DNA of 32,000 bases from Candidatus Saccharimonadota bacterium. Its GTDB lineage: Archaea; Micrarchaeota; Micrarchaeia; Micrarchaeales; Micrarchaeaceae. Of the stretch, positions 1-8,407 are shown in pieces. Within the stretch, counting starts at the first letter, position 1. The number at the start of each line of letters is the position of its first letter. The notes beneath the pieces are model-generated. The model did no database searches, had not been told where the DNA came from, and worked only from the letters and a program-made list of their open reading frames with translations. The position numbers and the translations under genes were made by a program. The stretch lies in assembly GCA_963705375.1 (NCBI GenBank), contig OY970071.1, positions 810,001 to 842,000 on the forward strand. The letters are read 5' to 3'.

Positions 1-1182
1 TTCTTCTCCAGAAAGACATACTTCTACCCTGACATGTCTAAGAACTTCCAGATAACGCAGTACGAGGAACCTCTTTCCACAGGTGGTGTGCTCGACCTGA
101 ACGACGCAAAAATCAGGATAAGGCGCGTCCACATCGAAGAAGATCCTGCAAAGCTTGTGCACATGGGTGGGGACATAACCACCGCAAAATACGTGCTTAT
201 CGATTACAACAGGTCAGGAATGCCTCTGGCAGAAATAGTCACAGAGCCCGACTTCGACAGCCCGAAGCAGGCCCGCATGTTCCTTGAGAAGCTGCTTTCC
301 ATACTCGAGCACCTAGGTGCGTACGACTCTGGCAAAGAGGCAACGATACGCGTCGATGCCAACATATCATTCGATGGTGGCGAGCGCGTAGAGGTAAAGA
401 ACATAACTGGATTCGAGAATGTTGAGAAGGCATTGAACTTCGAGGTCATAAGGCAGAAGGGTATGGCCCGAATGCAAGTGAAGGTGGAGCGAGAAACGCG
501 CCACTTTGACGCTGACAGGGGCACGACCGTAGGCCTAAGGAAGAAGGAATACGAAGAAGACTATGGCTACATATTCGATCCTGACCTTCCTGTGATAAAC
601 ATTACAGATCAGTGGGTTGCTCAAATGAAGCGCGACATGCCGGAACTTCCGGACCAGCGCACACGCAGGTTCATATCAGAATACAAAATACCTGAGTATG
701 TGGCAGGAGTGATAGTTTATACCGACAAGCACCTTGCTGACTTCTTCGAGGAGTGCTGCAAGCTGTACGGAAATCCTGACAAGGTATCTAATTGGACTGT
801 CAACTACCTGCTCAAGAGTCTTAACTGGCGCTCCGAAAAGATACGCGATTCCAAGGTCAAGCCTGCTACCTTTGTGGAGTTTCTGAAGCTAATCGACGAC
901 AAAACCATCACCGAGCGCTTCGCCAAAGAGCTGATCAAGACATATGTTGATACTGGCGCAGACCCGCGCGAACTCATCAAGCATGAAAAAATACTTATAT
1001 CTGAAAGTACATTGAAAGCGGCAGTAGAAAAGGTTCTGAAAGAGAATAAAGCGGCAGTTGATGATTTCAAGGCAGGAAAAGGAGAAGCGATGCAGTTCCT
1101 TATAGGAAAAGTTCTCGCACTGACGAACAAACAGGCGGACCCAAATCTTATAAGAAAGACTCTGCTATCTTCCCTTAAGTAG
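1..1182 (+). CDS. gatB: Asp/Glu-tRNA amidotransferase subunit B (GatB), 5'-truncated by window edge
   Basis: Frame 1 is open from nt 1 (FFSRKTYFYPDM...), so the conserved GatB/E RK-YFYPD motif precedes the Met listed in the ORF track. An HIEEDPAK motif is present. The C-terminal tail is YqeY-like (GKGEAMQFLIGKVL...ADP). About 390 aa run from the YFYPD motif to the stop, which fits GatB rather than the longer GatE. Confidence 0.85.
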   Translation, partial: FFSRKTYFYPDMSKNFQITQYEEPLSTGGVLDLNDAKIRIRRVHIEEDPAKLVHMGGDITTAKYVLIDYNRSGMPLAEIVTEPDFDSPKQARMFLEKLLSILEHLGAYDSGKEATIRVDANISFDGGERVEVKNITGFENVEKALNFEVIRQKGMARMQVKVERETRHFDADRGTTVGLRKKEYEEDYGYIFDPDLPVINITDQWVAQMKRDMPELPDQRTRRFISEYKIPEYVAGVIVYTDKHLADFFEECCKLYGNPDKVSNWTVNYLLKSLNWRSEKIRDSKVKPATFVEFLKLIDDKTITERFAKELIKTYVDTGADPRELIKHEKILISESTLKAAVEKVLKENKAAVDDFKAGKGEAMQFLIGKVLALTNKQADPNLIRKTLLSSLK

Positions 1183-1184
1183 AT

Positions 1185-1257
1185 GCCTCAGTAGCTCAGC
1201 AGGTAGAGCGCCTGGCTGTTAACCAGGATGTCACAGGTTCGAGTCCTGTCTGAGGCG
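1185..1257 (+). tRNA. tRNA-Asn: tRNA-Asn (anticodon GTT), no intron, CCA not encoded
   Basis: Hand-folded cloverleaf. Acceptor stem GCCTCAG/CTGAGGC. Anticodon arm CCTGG-CTGTTAA-CCAGG. T arm ACAGG-TTCGAGT-CCTGT. Length 73 nt. Starts 2 nt after the gatB stop codon. Confidence 0.9.
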
Positions 1258-1314
1258 CCTTGAATATTTGCAGAAGCGGAAGATTATTTAATCCGTAAAT
1301 GCAATCTCACTCAA

Positions 1315-1387
1315 GCCTCGGTAGTGTAGTGGTCCAGCATACGACCCTGTCACGGTTGTGACCCGGGTTCGAATCCCGGCCGAGGCG
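1315..1387 (+). tRNA. tRNA-Asp: tRNA-Asp (anticodon GTC), no intron
   Basis: Acceptor stem GCCTCGG/CCGAGGC. Anticodon arm CGACC-CTGTCAC-GGTTG. T arm CCGGG-TTCGAAT-CCCGG. An AT-rich TATA-like box (gattatttaatcc) lies about 25 nt upstream. Confidence 0.9.
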
Positions 1388-1527
1388 CTTCTTCTTACTA
1401 TTTATTCCTATTTAGAAAAGCATGCAGCACTCTCATCATCCTTACAAAATCACAAGATTTCACAAACAAAACACATAAAACACACATATAAATATTTCCT
1501 AACTCTTTATCTTATTGGTGTGATGAA

Positions 1528-2016
1528 ATGCCAAACACTACTGTATCAGTTAATGAATTCAAGCTAAACCAGCTCGGTGTCTCCGCCAGTGTAGTGTACT
1601 TCACCTGCAACGAAGGCATAGGCTATGTTAATACTAAAGGGTACATTGCACTGATTTTAGAAGACAAAGAGAACAGGTGCAACACGATTAATTTTGGCAA
1701 GTTGCTGCCCCGAACCTTTTCAAAAGGCCATTTGAGAGAAGATGCTGATTTCGAAGTCGGTGTGCACAACATTCATATATTAAAAATATTTCCTGCCTCT
1801 AGCGTGCATGACAATATCGTGAAGCAGTTCGACAAAAAGATGCAAGAAGCATGGGACGAAGTTGATCAAAACATACAAGATACTTATGACGGTTGGCATG
1901 ATTGGGCTACAGACCGAATGAAGAGAGAGGGACTGCCTCTGCGTAAAGGCGAAGAACCAACTTTGATGGAATTGTGGGAACTGCCGAGAGACCCGCATAA
2001 TCCTATTCAAAATTGA
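1528..2016 (+). CDS. hypothetical protein (162 aa), no recognisable family
   Basis: ATG ORF preceded by a TATA-like box (catataaatatttcc, about 30-40 nt upstream) and a GGTG Shine-Dalgarno-like element. I recognise no motif. Visibly more AT-rich than the neighbouring genes. Confidence 0.5.
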   Translation: MPNTTVSVNEFKLNQLGVSASVVYFTCNEGIGYVNTKGYIALILEDKENRCNTINFGKLLPRTFSKGHLREDADFEVGVHNIHILKIFPASSVHDNIVKQFDKKMQEAWDEVDQNIQDTYDGWHDWATDRMKREGLPLRKGEEPTLMELWELPRDPHNPIQN

Positions 2017-2237
2017 CAAATAAGCTAGAAGGCCAAAATAAGCATCGGCAGTTTTTACTGCTTGCATATATCATTAGTAACTGCCTATTCTATGCGAGTT
2101 CAAAAGTTCACTACGATCCTTCTTGGAACGTAGCTACGCTACTTGTGGCACTGCATTTTCCTTTCTTCGTGCAACGTATTTCATGCCATGATCAATAACG
2201 TTTTAAATATACGAAAGCCATAGCTAGCGGTGGATAC

Positions 2238-2423
2238 ATGAATCCAAGCATAAAGTCCAAATTGGCCATACTGATGGGGATAATCATCGGCATTACGGAC
2301 ATCTACTGGGCATACACGGGCCGATTCTATGGATCTGGGCTCGTTCTGGGTGCTATCATATTCGTAGCAAACCTGATGTGGCTCTGGATAGACCTATCTT
2401 TTATGAAGATGAAGAAGAGATAG
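2238..2423 (+). CDS. small membrane protein (61 aa, two predicted TM helices)
   Basis: Two hydrophobic stretches (LAILMGIIIGITDIYWA and GLVLGAIIFVANLMWLWI) and a basic C-terminus. A TATA-like ttttaaatata lies about 30 nt upstream, and GGTGGA lies 4 nt before the ATG. Confidence 0.5.
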   Translation: MNPSIKSKLAILMGIIIGITDIYWAYTGRFYGSGLVLGAIIFVANLMWLWIDLSFMKMKKR

Positions 2424-2510
2424 ACGTGCTGCTGTCACAGTGGTGCCTGCTGCATTCAAGCGAACCTGCAAAGCGGCACAACCGTATCAGGAGCGTCCTT
2501 CATATAAACA

Positions 2511-2518
2511 TATAAATA
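2511..2518 (+). promoter_or_regulatory. putative TATA box for the UPF0147-DP1-DP2 operon
   Basis: The sequence tataaata sits within catataaacatataaataag, about 50 nt upstream of the ATG at 2569. GGGGTGAG lies 5 nt before that ATG. Confidence 0.3.
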
Positions 2519-2568
2519 AGTTCTTCGTCAAGAAGTATAATCCTACTTGTTGCCTTTGGGGTGAGCCT

Positions 2569-2838
2569 ATGCAAGATGATAAGAAACTAGACGATGTCAT
2601 AGCGCAGATAACAAAGCAGATGGAACAACTGATCAATGATACAAGCGTTCCTAGGAACGTGCGGAGCGCGATAAGCGAGGCCAAAGAGAAACTGAACAGC
2701 ACTGAGGAAGGCATCGTGAGAATATCTGGCGCGATATACTGCGTTGATGCCGTAAGCACCGATATAAACTTGCCTCCACAGGCGAGGACCGCGGTGTGGA
2801 ACATATTGAGTATGCTTGAATCAATAAAGGCTGATTAG
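2569..2838 (+). CDS. UPF0147 family small helical protein (89 aa)
   Basis: From the internal ATG at 2569 the product reads MQDDKKLDDVIAQI...NDTSVPRNVRSAISEAKEKL...LPPQARTAVWNILSMLE. This matches my memory of the archaeal UPF0147 family (the D-T-S/T-VPRNIR and R-T-x-IWN motifs). The 43 codons upstream in the listed ORF (GTG at 2440) look non-coding and contain the TATA box. Confidence 0.75.
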   Translation: MQDDKKLDDVIAQITKQMEQLINDTSVPRNVRSAISEAKEKLNSTEEGIVRISGAIYCVDAVSTDINLPPQARTAVWNILSMLESIKAD

Positions 2839-2839
2839 T

Positions 2840-4339
2840 GTGCCAAGCGCTGCGCTCAAGGAGCTCGTGGCGAAGCTCTCGAAGTCAGGCATACTGCTGA
2901 GCGCAGGTACAGAGTCCTTCGAGATAGAGGAATCTGGAATAGAGAACATATCCTCGAAGCTGATAGCTCGCCACAAGGACGACCTTGGGCAGAGTATAGT
3001 CAGCAAAGAGGAGCTTGACAACGTCGTAAAAGAGCTCGAGCTTGAGAAGAGTCCGGTGATTGTCGAGGCAATCCATGAGCGCGGCTTCAAGTCCGTGGCT
3101 GCCGACATTGATGCACAGTACAGTATCGATGCTGCGCACGATGATGTCTCCGATGGCACAGTGGACTGCTTCGTATCCCACTTTAGAAGCAGGTTCGGGA
3201 AGATACGGGTTATATTGGACAACAGAAGCAACCTGCCTAGGATGGCGCCAAATCTGGAAAACCTCAAGATGTACACCAACGGAAGGGATGTCACTGCTCT
3301 CGGCATGGTCTCTGACAAGCTAACCACAAAGAACGGCAATCTGCTCGTAAATATTGAGGACGAGACGGGGTCTGCAAAGCTAATTTTCATGCATGGAAAC
3401 TCACCTCCTGCCACTGAGTTGTTCGTGCAGGCAAACTCCATAGTTACTGACGAAATCATAGCCGTTACAGGCAAGATATCTGGCCCGTTTGTGATTGTGA
3501 AGACCGTGGTCTGGCCTGACGTCCCGATAAAGACGAAGAAACAGGTGAAGGAAGATGTTGCGATAGCGTTCATATCTGATATGCACATCGGAAGCAAGCT
3601 CTTTCTCCAAGACAAGTTCATGCGCTTCGTGAACTGGCTGAACGGTGGCGTAGAATCTAAAAAAGAGCTTGCGAGCAAGATAAAGTACGTGGTCATAGCT
3701 GGCGACGTTGTGGATGGTATCGGGATATATCCAAAGCAAGCCCAGGACCTTGCAGTGCTAGACATCTACACTCAATACAAGATGTTCACCAACTTCATAG
3801 ACGCGATACCTGATTATATTCACGTGTTTGTGCTTCCGGGGAACCACGATGCAGTGCAGCTAGCAGAACCTCAACCTAGCATCTCCAAAGAGCTGCTTGG
3901 AGGTTTCTCAAAGGACAACGTTCATTTCGTTCCGAACCCGTGCTACTTGACTCTGCACGGCATAGAGGTGCTTGCGTACCATGGTGCTTCACTCGATTCG
4001 ATGATACGCGCCGTGCCAGGTTGCTCCTATGCGTATCCTGAAAAGGCGATGACAGAGATCCTTCGCCGCAGGCACCTGTCTCCGATATACGGCTACAATG
4101 CGATAATGCCTAGCAACACCGACAACCTTGTGATAGACAAAGTTCCCGACATACTCAACATGGGGCACCTGCACAGGAATGGTCTGAGCAACTACCACGG
4201 TGTGAACATACTGAACAGCGGAACGTGGCAGGACAGGACTGACTATCAGGTGCTACTGGGGCACATGCCTACTCCGTGCATAGTGAGCGTCTTCGAAGCT
4301 TCTCGTGGCGATTTCACAAGTGTAAACTTCAATGGTTGA
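2840..4339 (+). CDS. polB: DNA polymerase II (family D) small subunit DP1
   Basis: Calcineurin/Mre11-like phosphoesterase motifs are present (DMHIGS, GDVVDG, GNHD, GHLH) after an OB-like region. GTG start lies 1 nt after the UPF0147 stop. The 3' end overlaps the DP2 start (ATGGTTGA). Confidence 0.9.
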   Translation: MPSAALKELVAKLSKSGILLSAGTESFEIEESGIENISSKLIARHKDDLGQSIVSKEELDNVVKELELEKSPVIVEAIHERGFKSVAADIDAQYSIDAAHDDVSDGTVDCFVSHFRSRFGKIRVILDNRSNLPRMAPNLENLKMYTNGRDVTALGMVSDKLTTKNGNLLVNIEDETGSAKLIFMHGNSPPATELFVQANSIVTDEIIAVTGKISGPFVIVKTVVWPDVPIKTKKQVKEDVAIAFISDMHIGSKLFLQDKFMRFVNWLNGGVESKKELASKIKYVVIAGDVVDGIGIYPKQAQDLAVLDIYTQYKMFTNFIDAIPDYIHVFVLPGNHDAVQLAEPQPSISKELLGGFSKDNVHFVPNPCYLTLHGIEVLAYHGASLDSMIRAVPGCSYAYPEKAMTEILRRRHLSPIYGYNAIMPSNTDNLVIDKVPDILNMGHLHRNGLSNYHGVNILNSGTWQDRTDYQVLLGHMPTPCIVSVFEASRGDFTSVNFNG

Positions 4340-7300
4340 TATCTTGCAAGTGGACGACTATCTCGAGGTGCTTCAAAAAAGCTTCAACGGGGCATTCACT
4401 ATCGCGCAGCAGTCGCGCTCTAAGGGCTACGATCCTGAGAACTTCGTGGAGATAACTCCTGCGCCTGACCTTGCTTCCAGAGTTGAAGGAATAATCGGTG
4501 TTGCTGGCCTCGCGCAGATAATAAGATTAAAGGCCGAAGGCAGCGCCGGAAGCGAAGCCCTTGCGTTTGACGTGGCAAAGGAGATATGTACAAACGACAA
4601 GTTCACGTCTTACAAAGTGTCTGATAGGCTCACACTCGCGGTGCGCACCGGCCTAGCTGTGCTGACCGAAGGCATAGTCGTCGCCCCTACAGAGGGCATA
4701 CAAGGCATCGAAATCCACAAGACTCAAGAAGGTGCAGACTATGCTGCGATAGTATACTCCGGACCTATACGCAGCGCAGGCGGTACCAGTGTCGCACTAT
4801 CTGTCGCGCTCGCAGATGTTACGAGAAGATTGTTGAATGTTGGCGACTACAATGCCACGCAGAGCGAGATCGACCGCTATGTCGAAGAGATACCCATATA
4901 CCACAGCAGGATACATCTGCAGTACCTGCCCAGTGATGCTGACATAAGGTCCATGGTTCAAAACTGCCACGTTTGCGTAGACGGACTTCCGACAGAAGAC
5001 CTTGAGGTCAGTGTGCACAGGAACATGACCAGGTTCGATGCAGAAGGCAAGCCACAGCCTGTCACCAACAGATTGCGTGGTGGTGTCGCGCTTGTGATAA
5101 GCAGCATCGCGCAGAAGGCAAAGAGCGTGCTCAAGCACACCAAAGCCAACGGTCTGGACTGGGTGTGGCTCAACAATGTAATAAAAGTAAACAAGGGTGC
5201 CACAACACAGGTCTCATCAGACAAGGCCGAGTTCCTTCAGGAGCTAGTCGCAGGCCGGCCTATATTGGCATATCCTGGTGCTGCAGGCGGCTTCAGGCTG
5301 CGCTACGGCAGGTCACGTTTTACAGGCATAGCCTCGAAAGGCTTCAGTCCGGCAAGCATGATAGTGCTAGATGATTTCATAGCGTGCGGCACGCAGCTTC
5401 GTATAGAGAAACCAGGCAAAGGTTGCGTCGCAGTGCCTGTTGACGGCATAGAGGGGCCGTTTGTAAAACTTTCAAATGGAGATGCGTTGAGAATAGACAG
5501 CGCACAACAGGCCCAGGAATTGAAGGGCCAGGTTACAAAGATCATATCAGTAGGTGACATGCTCGTTACCTATGGCGATTTCAAGAAGAGCAACACGCCG
5601 CTTCTGCCCACTAGCTACGTTGAAGAGTTCTGGACCGAGCAACTGAAGGCTGCCGGCTATTTGGAAGAACCGCCTGTTCTGCCTTCTTTCAGACAGGCGT
5701 TTGAGCTGTCTGAAAAGTACGGCGTGCCCATGCACCCGCAGTACATTTATGATTATTCCGAAGTGTCTTCAGCCGCGCTCATTGCCCTTTTACTGGCTCT
5801 TCGTGACACAGATATGGCAAAGTCGGGCACCTTCATATTCGACATATCAGGCATAGTTCTGAACAAAGGCGAGAGCTCCGCCAGCGTAGTTGCGACTCTC
5901 GAAAGGATGTGCATTCCTCACAAAGAGACAGAATCTAGTGTCGAGATATCGAAAGATCACGCGCAATCCCTTCTATCCTCGTTAGGGTTCGTAAAAGAGA
6001 AGCAGCTTTCGAAGCCAGATCCTGATCCGAGTTCATATGCTGCCAAGAGCCCTCTGGAGATTGTGAACACACTGGCTCCTTTCAAGGTCATGAAGCGTTC
6101 AACAAGGATAGGTGGTAGGATAGGTCGACCTGAGAAGGCAAAAGAGAGACGTATGCAGCCGGCGCTGCACGCGCTGTTCCCTATCGGGAACATGGGCGGC
6201 AACGACAGAAGCCTTTTCAAACTGTACAGTTCGGAGAAGCGAAAGATCGGCAACCGTGGCGTAGAAATTGATGTTGCAAACTATCGGTGCGCTCTGGGCG
6301 GTGAGAGCATGTGCCTACCCTACTGCAAGAAGCACGGCGCACGCGGAGTCCTTGAGCACACATGCATGAACTGCGGCAGGAAATCCACAGGAAGCACGTG
6401 CACTGGATGCAGCGGCAAGATAATCGCGAGCAAACGCAGGTCTGTGGACGTTTCAGAGATCATGGACGGGGCGCTCGCAACACTTGGAATGTATTCTTTG
6501 CCTAAGGGCTTCAAGGGTGTGAAGGGGCTCATAAACAAGGATCGCATACCTGAGATCATGGAGAAGGGCATACTCCGTGCCATGAATGGCGTCCTTGCCT
6601 ACAAAGATGGCACTGCACGTGTCGATGCAACTGATGTGCCGATAACCCATTTCTATCCTAGGGAGATTGGCGTCAGCGTAGATCACCTAAAGGCTCTAGG
6701 CTATTCTCTCGATTACAAGGGCAACGATCTTGTTGATGATGCACAGCTGGTGGAGCTCATGCACCAGGACGTAATCCTGAACAGGCAGTGTGCAGAATAT
6801 TTGTTGAAGGTCGCAAAGTTCGTGGATGATCTTCTGTCAAAGGTTTATGGTGCAGATCATTTCTACAACGCAAGCACCATAGACGACCTAATCGGCCAGC
6901 TCGTGATCACACTATCCCCGCACACATCTGCAGGCATGCTGTGCAGAGTGATTGGTTTCACCGACGCGAAGGTCGGCTTCGCCCATCCGTATGTGATATC
7001 CGCAAGAAGAAGAAACTGCGACGGCGATGAAGACACGACAATACTGCTGCTGGATGCTCTTCTCAACTTCTCCAAAAGGTACCTTCCGACAACCATAGGT
7101 GGCACCATGGATGCCCCCCTTGTACTTGTCTTGAGAGTCGACCCTAAGGAAGTCGATGACGAAGTGCATGATATGGAAGTAGTGGAAAGCTACGGTGTCG
7201 AATTCTACAATAAGACGCTAGAATCGGTATCTCCGTCTGATGTTCATGTCGAGCTCGTGGGGAGCCGACTGGGCACGGGCAAGGAGTACAGCAATCTGTG

Positions 7301-7799
7301 GTTCTCCCACAAGAGCAGCGTTGACGTTATAGCCCAGTCCCCAAAGAGAAGCATCTACACGAGGCTTGAAACGATGCACGATAAGGTAGAGCTGCAGTTC
7401 TCTCTGATGGATCGCCTGTACACTGTCGACAGGCAGGACGCTGCAAGGAAACTCATACTCAGCCATTTCATCCCGGACCTCATAGGCAACATGCACCTCT
7501 TCTCCAAGCAAGGGTTCAGGTGCATATCCTGCAATGCGAAGTACAGGCGAGTTCCATTGGTCGGAAAGTGCACCAGGTGCAACACCGGCAAGCTTGTGCT
7601 GACCGTATCAAGAGGAGGCATAGAGAAGTATCTCGGGATGGCGATAGATCTGGGGAACAGGTACGATCTCGAACCGTACATCAAACAGAGACTCATGCTG
7701 ATAAAACAGGAAATCGCAAATGTGTTTGGCGGCGGGGCTGAAGGCATGGGCGCTCCCGGGCACCCGACAAGGCAGTTCAACCTTGCCAAGTTCATGTAG
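4332..7799 (+). CDS. polC: DNA polymerase II (family D) large catalytic subunit DP2
   Basis: 1155 aa. Contains the conserved RRRNCDGDEDT motif and Cys clusters (CxxC...CxxC around aa 660-700, and CISCN...CTRCN near the C-terminus). The length leaves no room for an intein. Confidence 0.92.
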   Translation: MVDILQVDDYLEVLQKSFNGAFTIAQQSRSKGYDPENFVEITPAPDLASRVEGIIGVAGLAQIIRLKAEGSAGSEALAFDVAKEICTNDKFTSYKVSDRLTLAVRTGLAVLTEGIVVAPTEGIQGIEIHKTQEGADYAAIVYSGPIRSAGGTSVALSVALADVTRRLLNVGDYNATQSEIDRYVEEIPIYHSRIHLQYLPSDADIRSMVQNCHVCVDGLPTEDLEVSVHRNMTRFDAEGKPQPVTNRLRGGVALVISSIAQKAKSVLKHTKANGLDWVWLNNVIKVNKGATTQVSSDKAEFLQELVAGRPILAYPGAAGGFRLRYGRSRFTGIASKGFSPASMIVLDDFIACGTQLRIEKPGKGCVAVPVDGIEGPFVKLSNGDALRIDSAQQAQELKGQVTKIISVGDMLVTYGDFKKSNTPLLPTSYVEEFWTEQLKAAGYLEEPPVLPSFRQAFELSEKYGVPMHPQYIYDYSEVSSAALIALLLALRDTDMAKSGTFIFDISGIVLNKGESSASVVATLERMCIPHKETESSVEISKDHAQSLLSSLGFVKEKQLSKPDPDPSSYAAKSPLEIVNTLAPFKVMKRSTRIGGRIGRPEKAKERRMQPALHALFPIGNMGGNDRSLFKLYSSEKRKIGNRGVEIDVANYRCALGGESMCLPYCKKHGARGVLEHTCMNCGRKSTGSTCTGCSGKIIASKRRSVDVSEIMDGALATLGMYSLPKGFKGVKGLINKDRIPEIMEKGILRAMNGVLAYKDGTARVDATDVPITHFYPREIGVSVDHLKALGYSLDYKGNDLVDDAQLVELMHQDVILNRQCAEYLLKVAKFVDDLLSKVYGADHFYNASTIDDLIGQLVITLSPHTSAGMLCRVIGFTDAKVGFAHPYVISARRRNCDGDEDTTILLLDALLNFSKRYLPTTIGGTMDAPLVLVLRVDPKEVDDEVHDMEVVESYGVEFYNKTLESVSPSDVHVELVGSRLGTGKEYSNLWFSHKSSVDVIAQSPKRSIYTRLETMHDKVELQFSLMDRLYTVDRQDAARKLILSHFIPDLIGNMHLFSKQGFRCISCNAKYRRVPLVGKCTRCNTGKLVLTVSRGGIEKYLGMAIDLGNRYDLEPYIKQRLMLIKQEIANVFGGGAEGMGAPGHPTRQFNLAKFM

Positions 7800-7845
7800 C
7801 CAAAACACCAGGTTCTCGTAATCACGCGCGCATACTGCGCGACCA

Positions 7846-8361
7846 TCAGTCTCTTTCTGTTATCCTCTTTAAGATCTGCCTTGGAGTCATAGAGGCGTCG
7901 ATAAATGTAAAGCCTGCCCTGCGCGCCTTTTCATAAGAACGATTCATTCTTTCAAGTATCGATTCTCTTTGCGCGTCGGTCTTCCCAAAGCTGTTTGTCC
8001 TTTTTATGTGCTGCAGCCTGCTCGATATGAGCGCCGGGCTTGCCTTCAAATAATATGCTTTGTCAAAAAGATGCACGAACCCGTACACATTCGAGGATGT
8101 GCCGAACAGGAACACGTTCTTATTGTGTCTGAGAACGCTGCGAAGCTTTCTGCCGCTCCAAATCCACTTGTGCTCTTGTATCCATTTTTGATCAGCCTTG
8201 GAATGGTTGTATCTTACACGCCTTCCGTTCTTGTCGATCCACTTTCCGAGCCCCTTTATCTCATCAGCATCGTATGCGTTTTTGCCTCTTTTTTTAAAAT
8301 ATGCTGCCAGATGGGTCTTGCCACTGCCCGGCATCCCGACTATCAATACGTATCCCTGCAT
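7846..8361 (-). CDS. P-loop NTPase / nucleoside(tide) or polynucleotide kinase-like protein
   Basis: Walker A motif VGMPGSGKTH at the N-terminus. An Asp follows shortly after (YDADE). A basic lid-like segment is present (RLQHIKRTNSFGKT). At 171 aa it is typical of small P-loop kinases. The substrate is not inferable. Confidence 0.55.
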   Translation of the reverse strand: MQGYVLIVGMPGSGKTHLAAYFKKRGKNAYDADEIKGLGKWIDKNGRRVRYNHSKADQKWIQEHKWIWSGRKLRSVLRHNKNVFLFGTSSNVYGFVHLFDKAYYLKASPALISSRLQHIKRTNSFGKTDAQRESILERMNRSYEKARRAGFTFIDASMTPRQILKRITERD

Positions 8362-8407
8362 AATGCATCGTCACTCGTGATTGCTTGCGAAGACATATAG
8401 AATGCAA

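Noticed and set aside
2821-3765. Long antisense ORFs inside well-supported genes. Examples: the 314-aa ORF opposite DP1, the 259-aa ORF at 25415-26194 opposite the AAA+ gene, 9674-10267 opposite polX, 11978-12424 opposite pyrG, and 14290-14646 opposite the ATPase gene.
   Set aside because: Their sequences are low-complexity (Ser/Leu/Phe/Cys-rich) and lack motifs. The opposite strand carries strongly recognisable conserved proteins. These are typical shadow ORFs.
4332-7799. Checked DP2, PolX and pyrG for inteins or large insertions.
   Set aside because: Their lengths (1155, about 578 and 569 aa) and uninterrupted conserved motifs leave no room for an intein. I saw no Cys/Ser...His-Asn splice-junction blocks.
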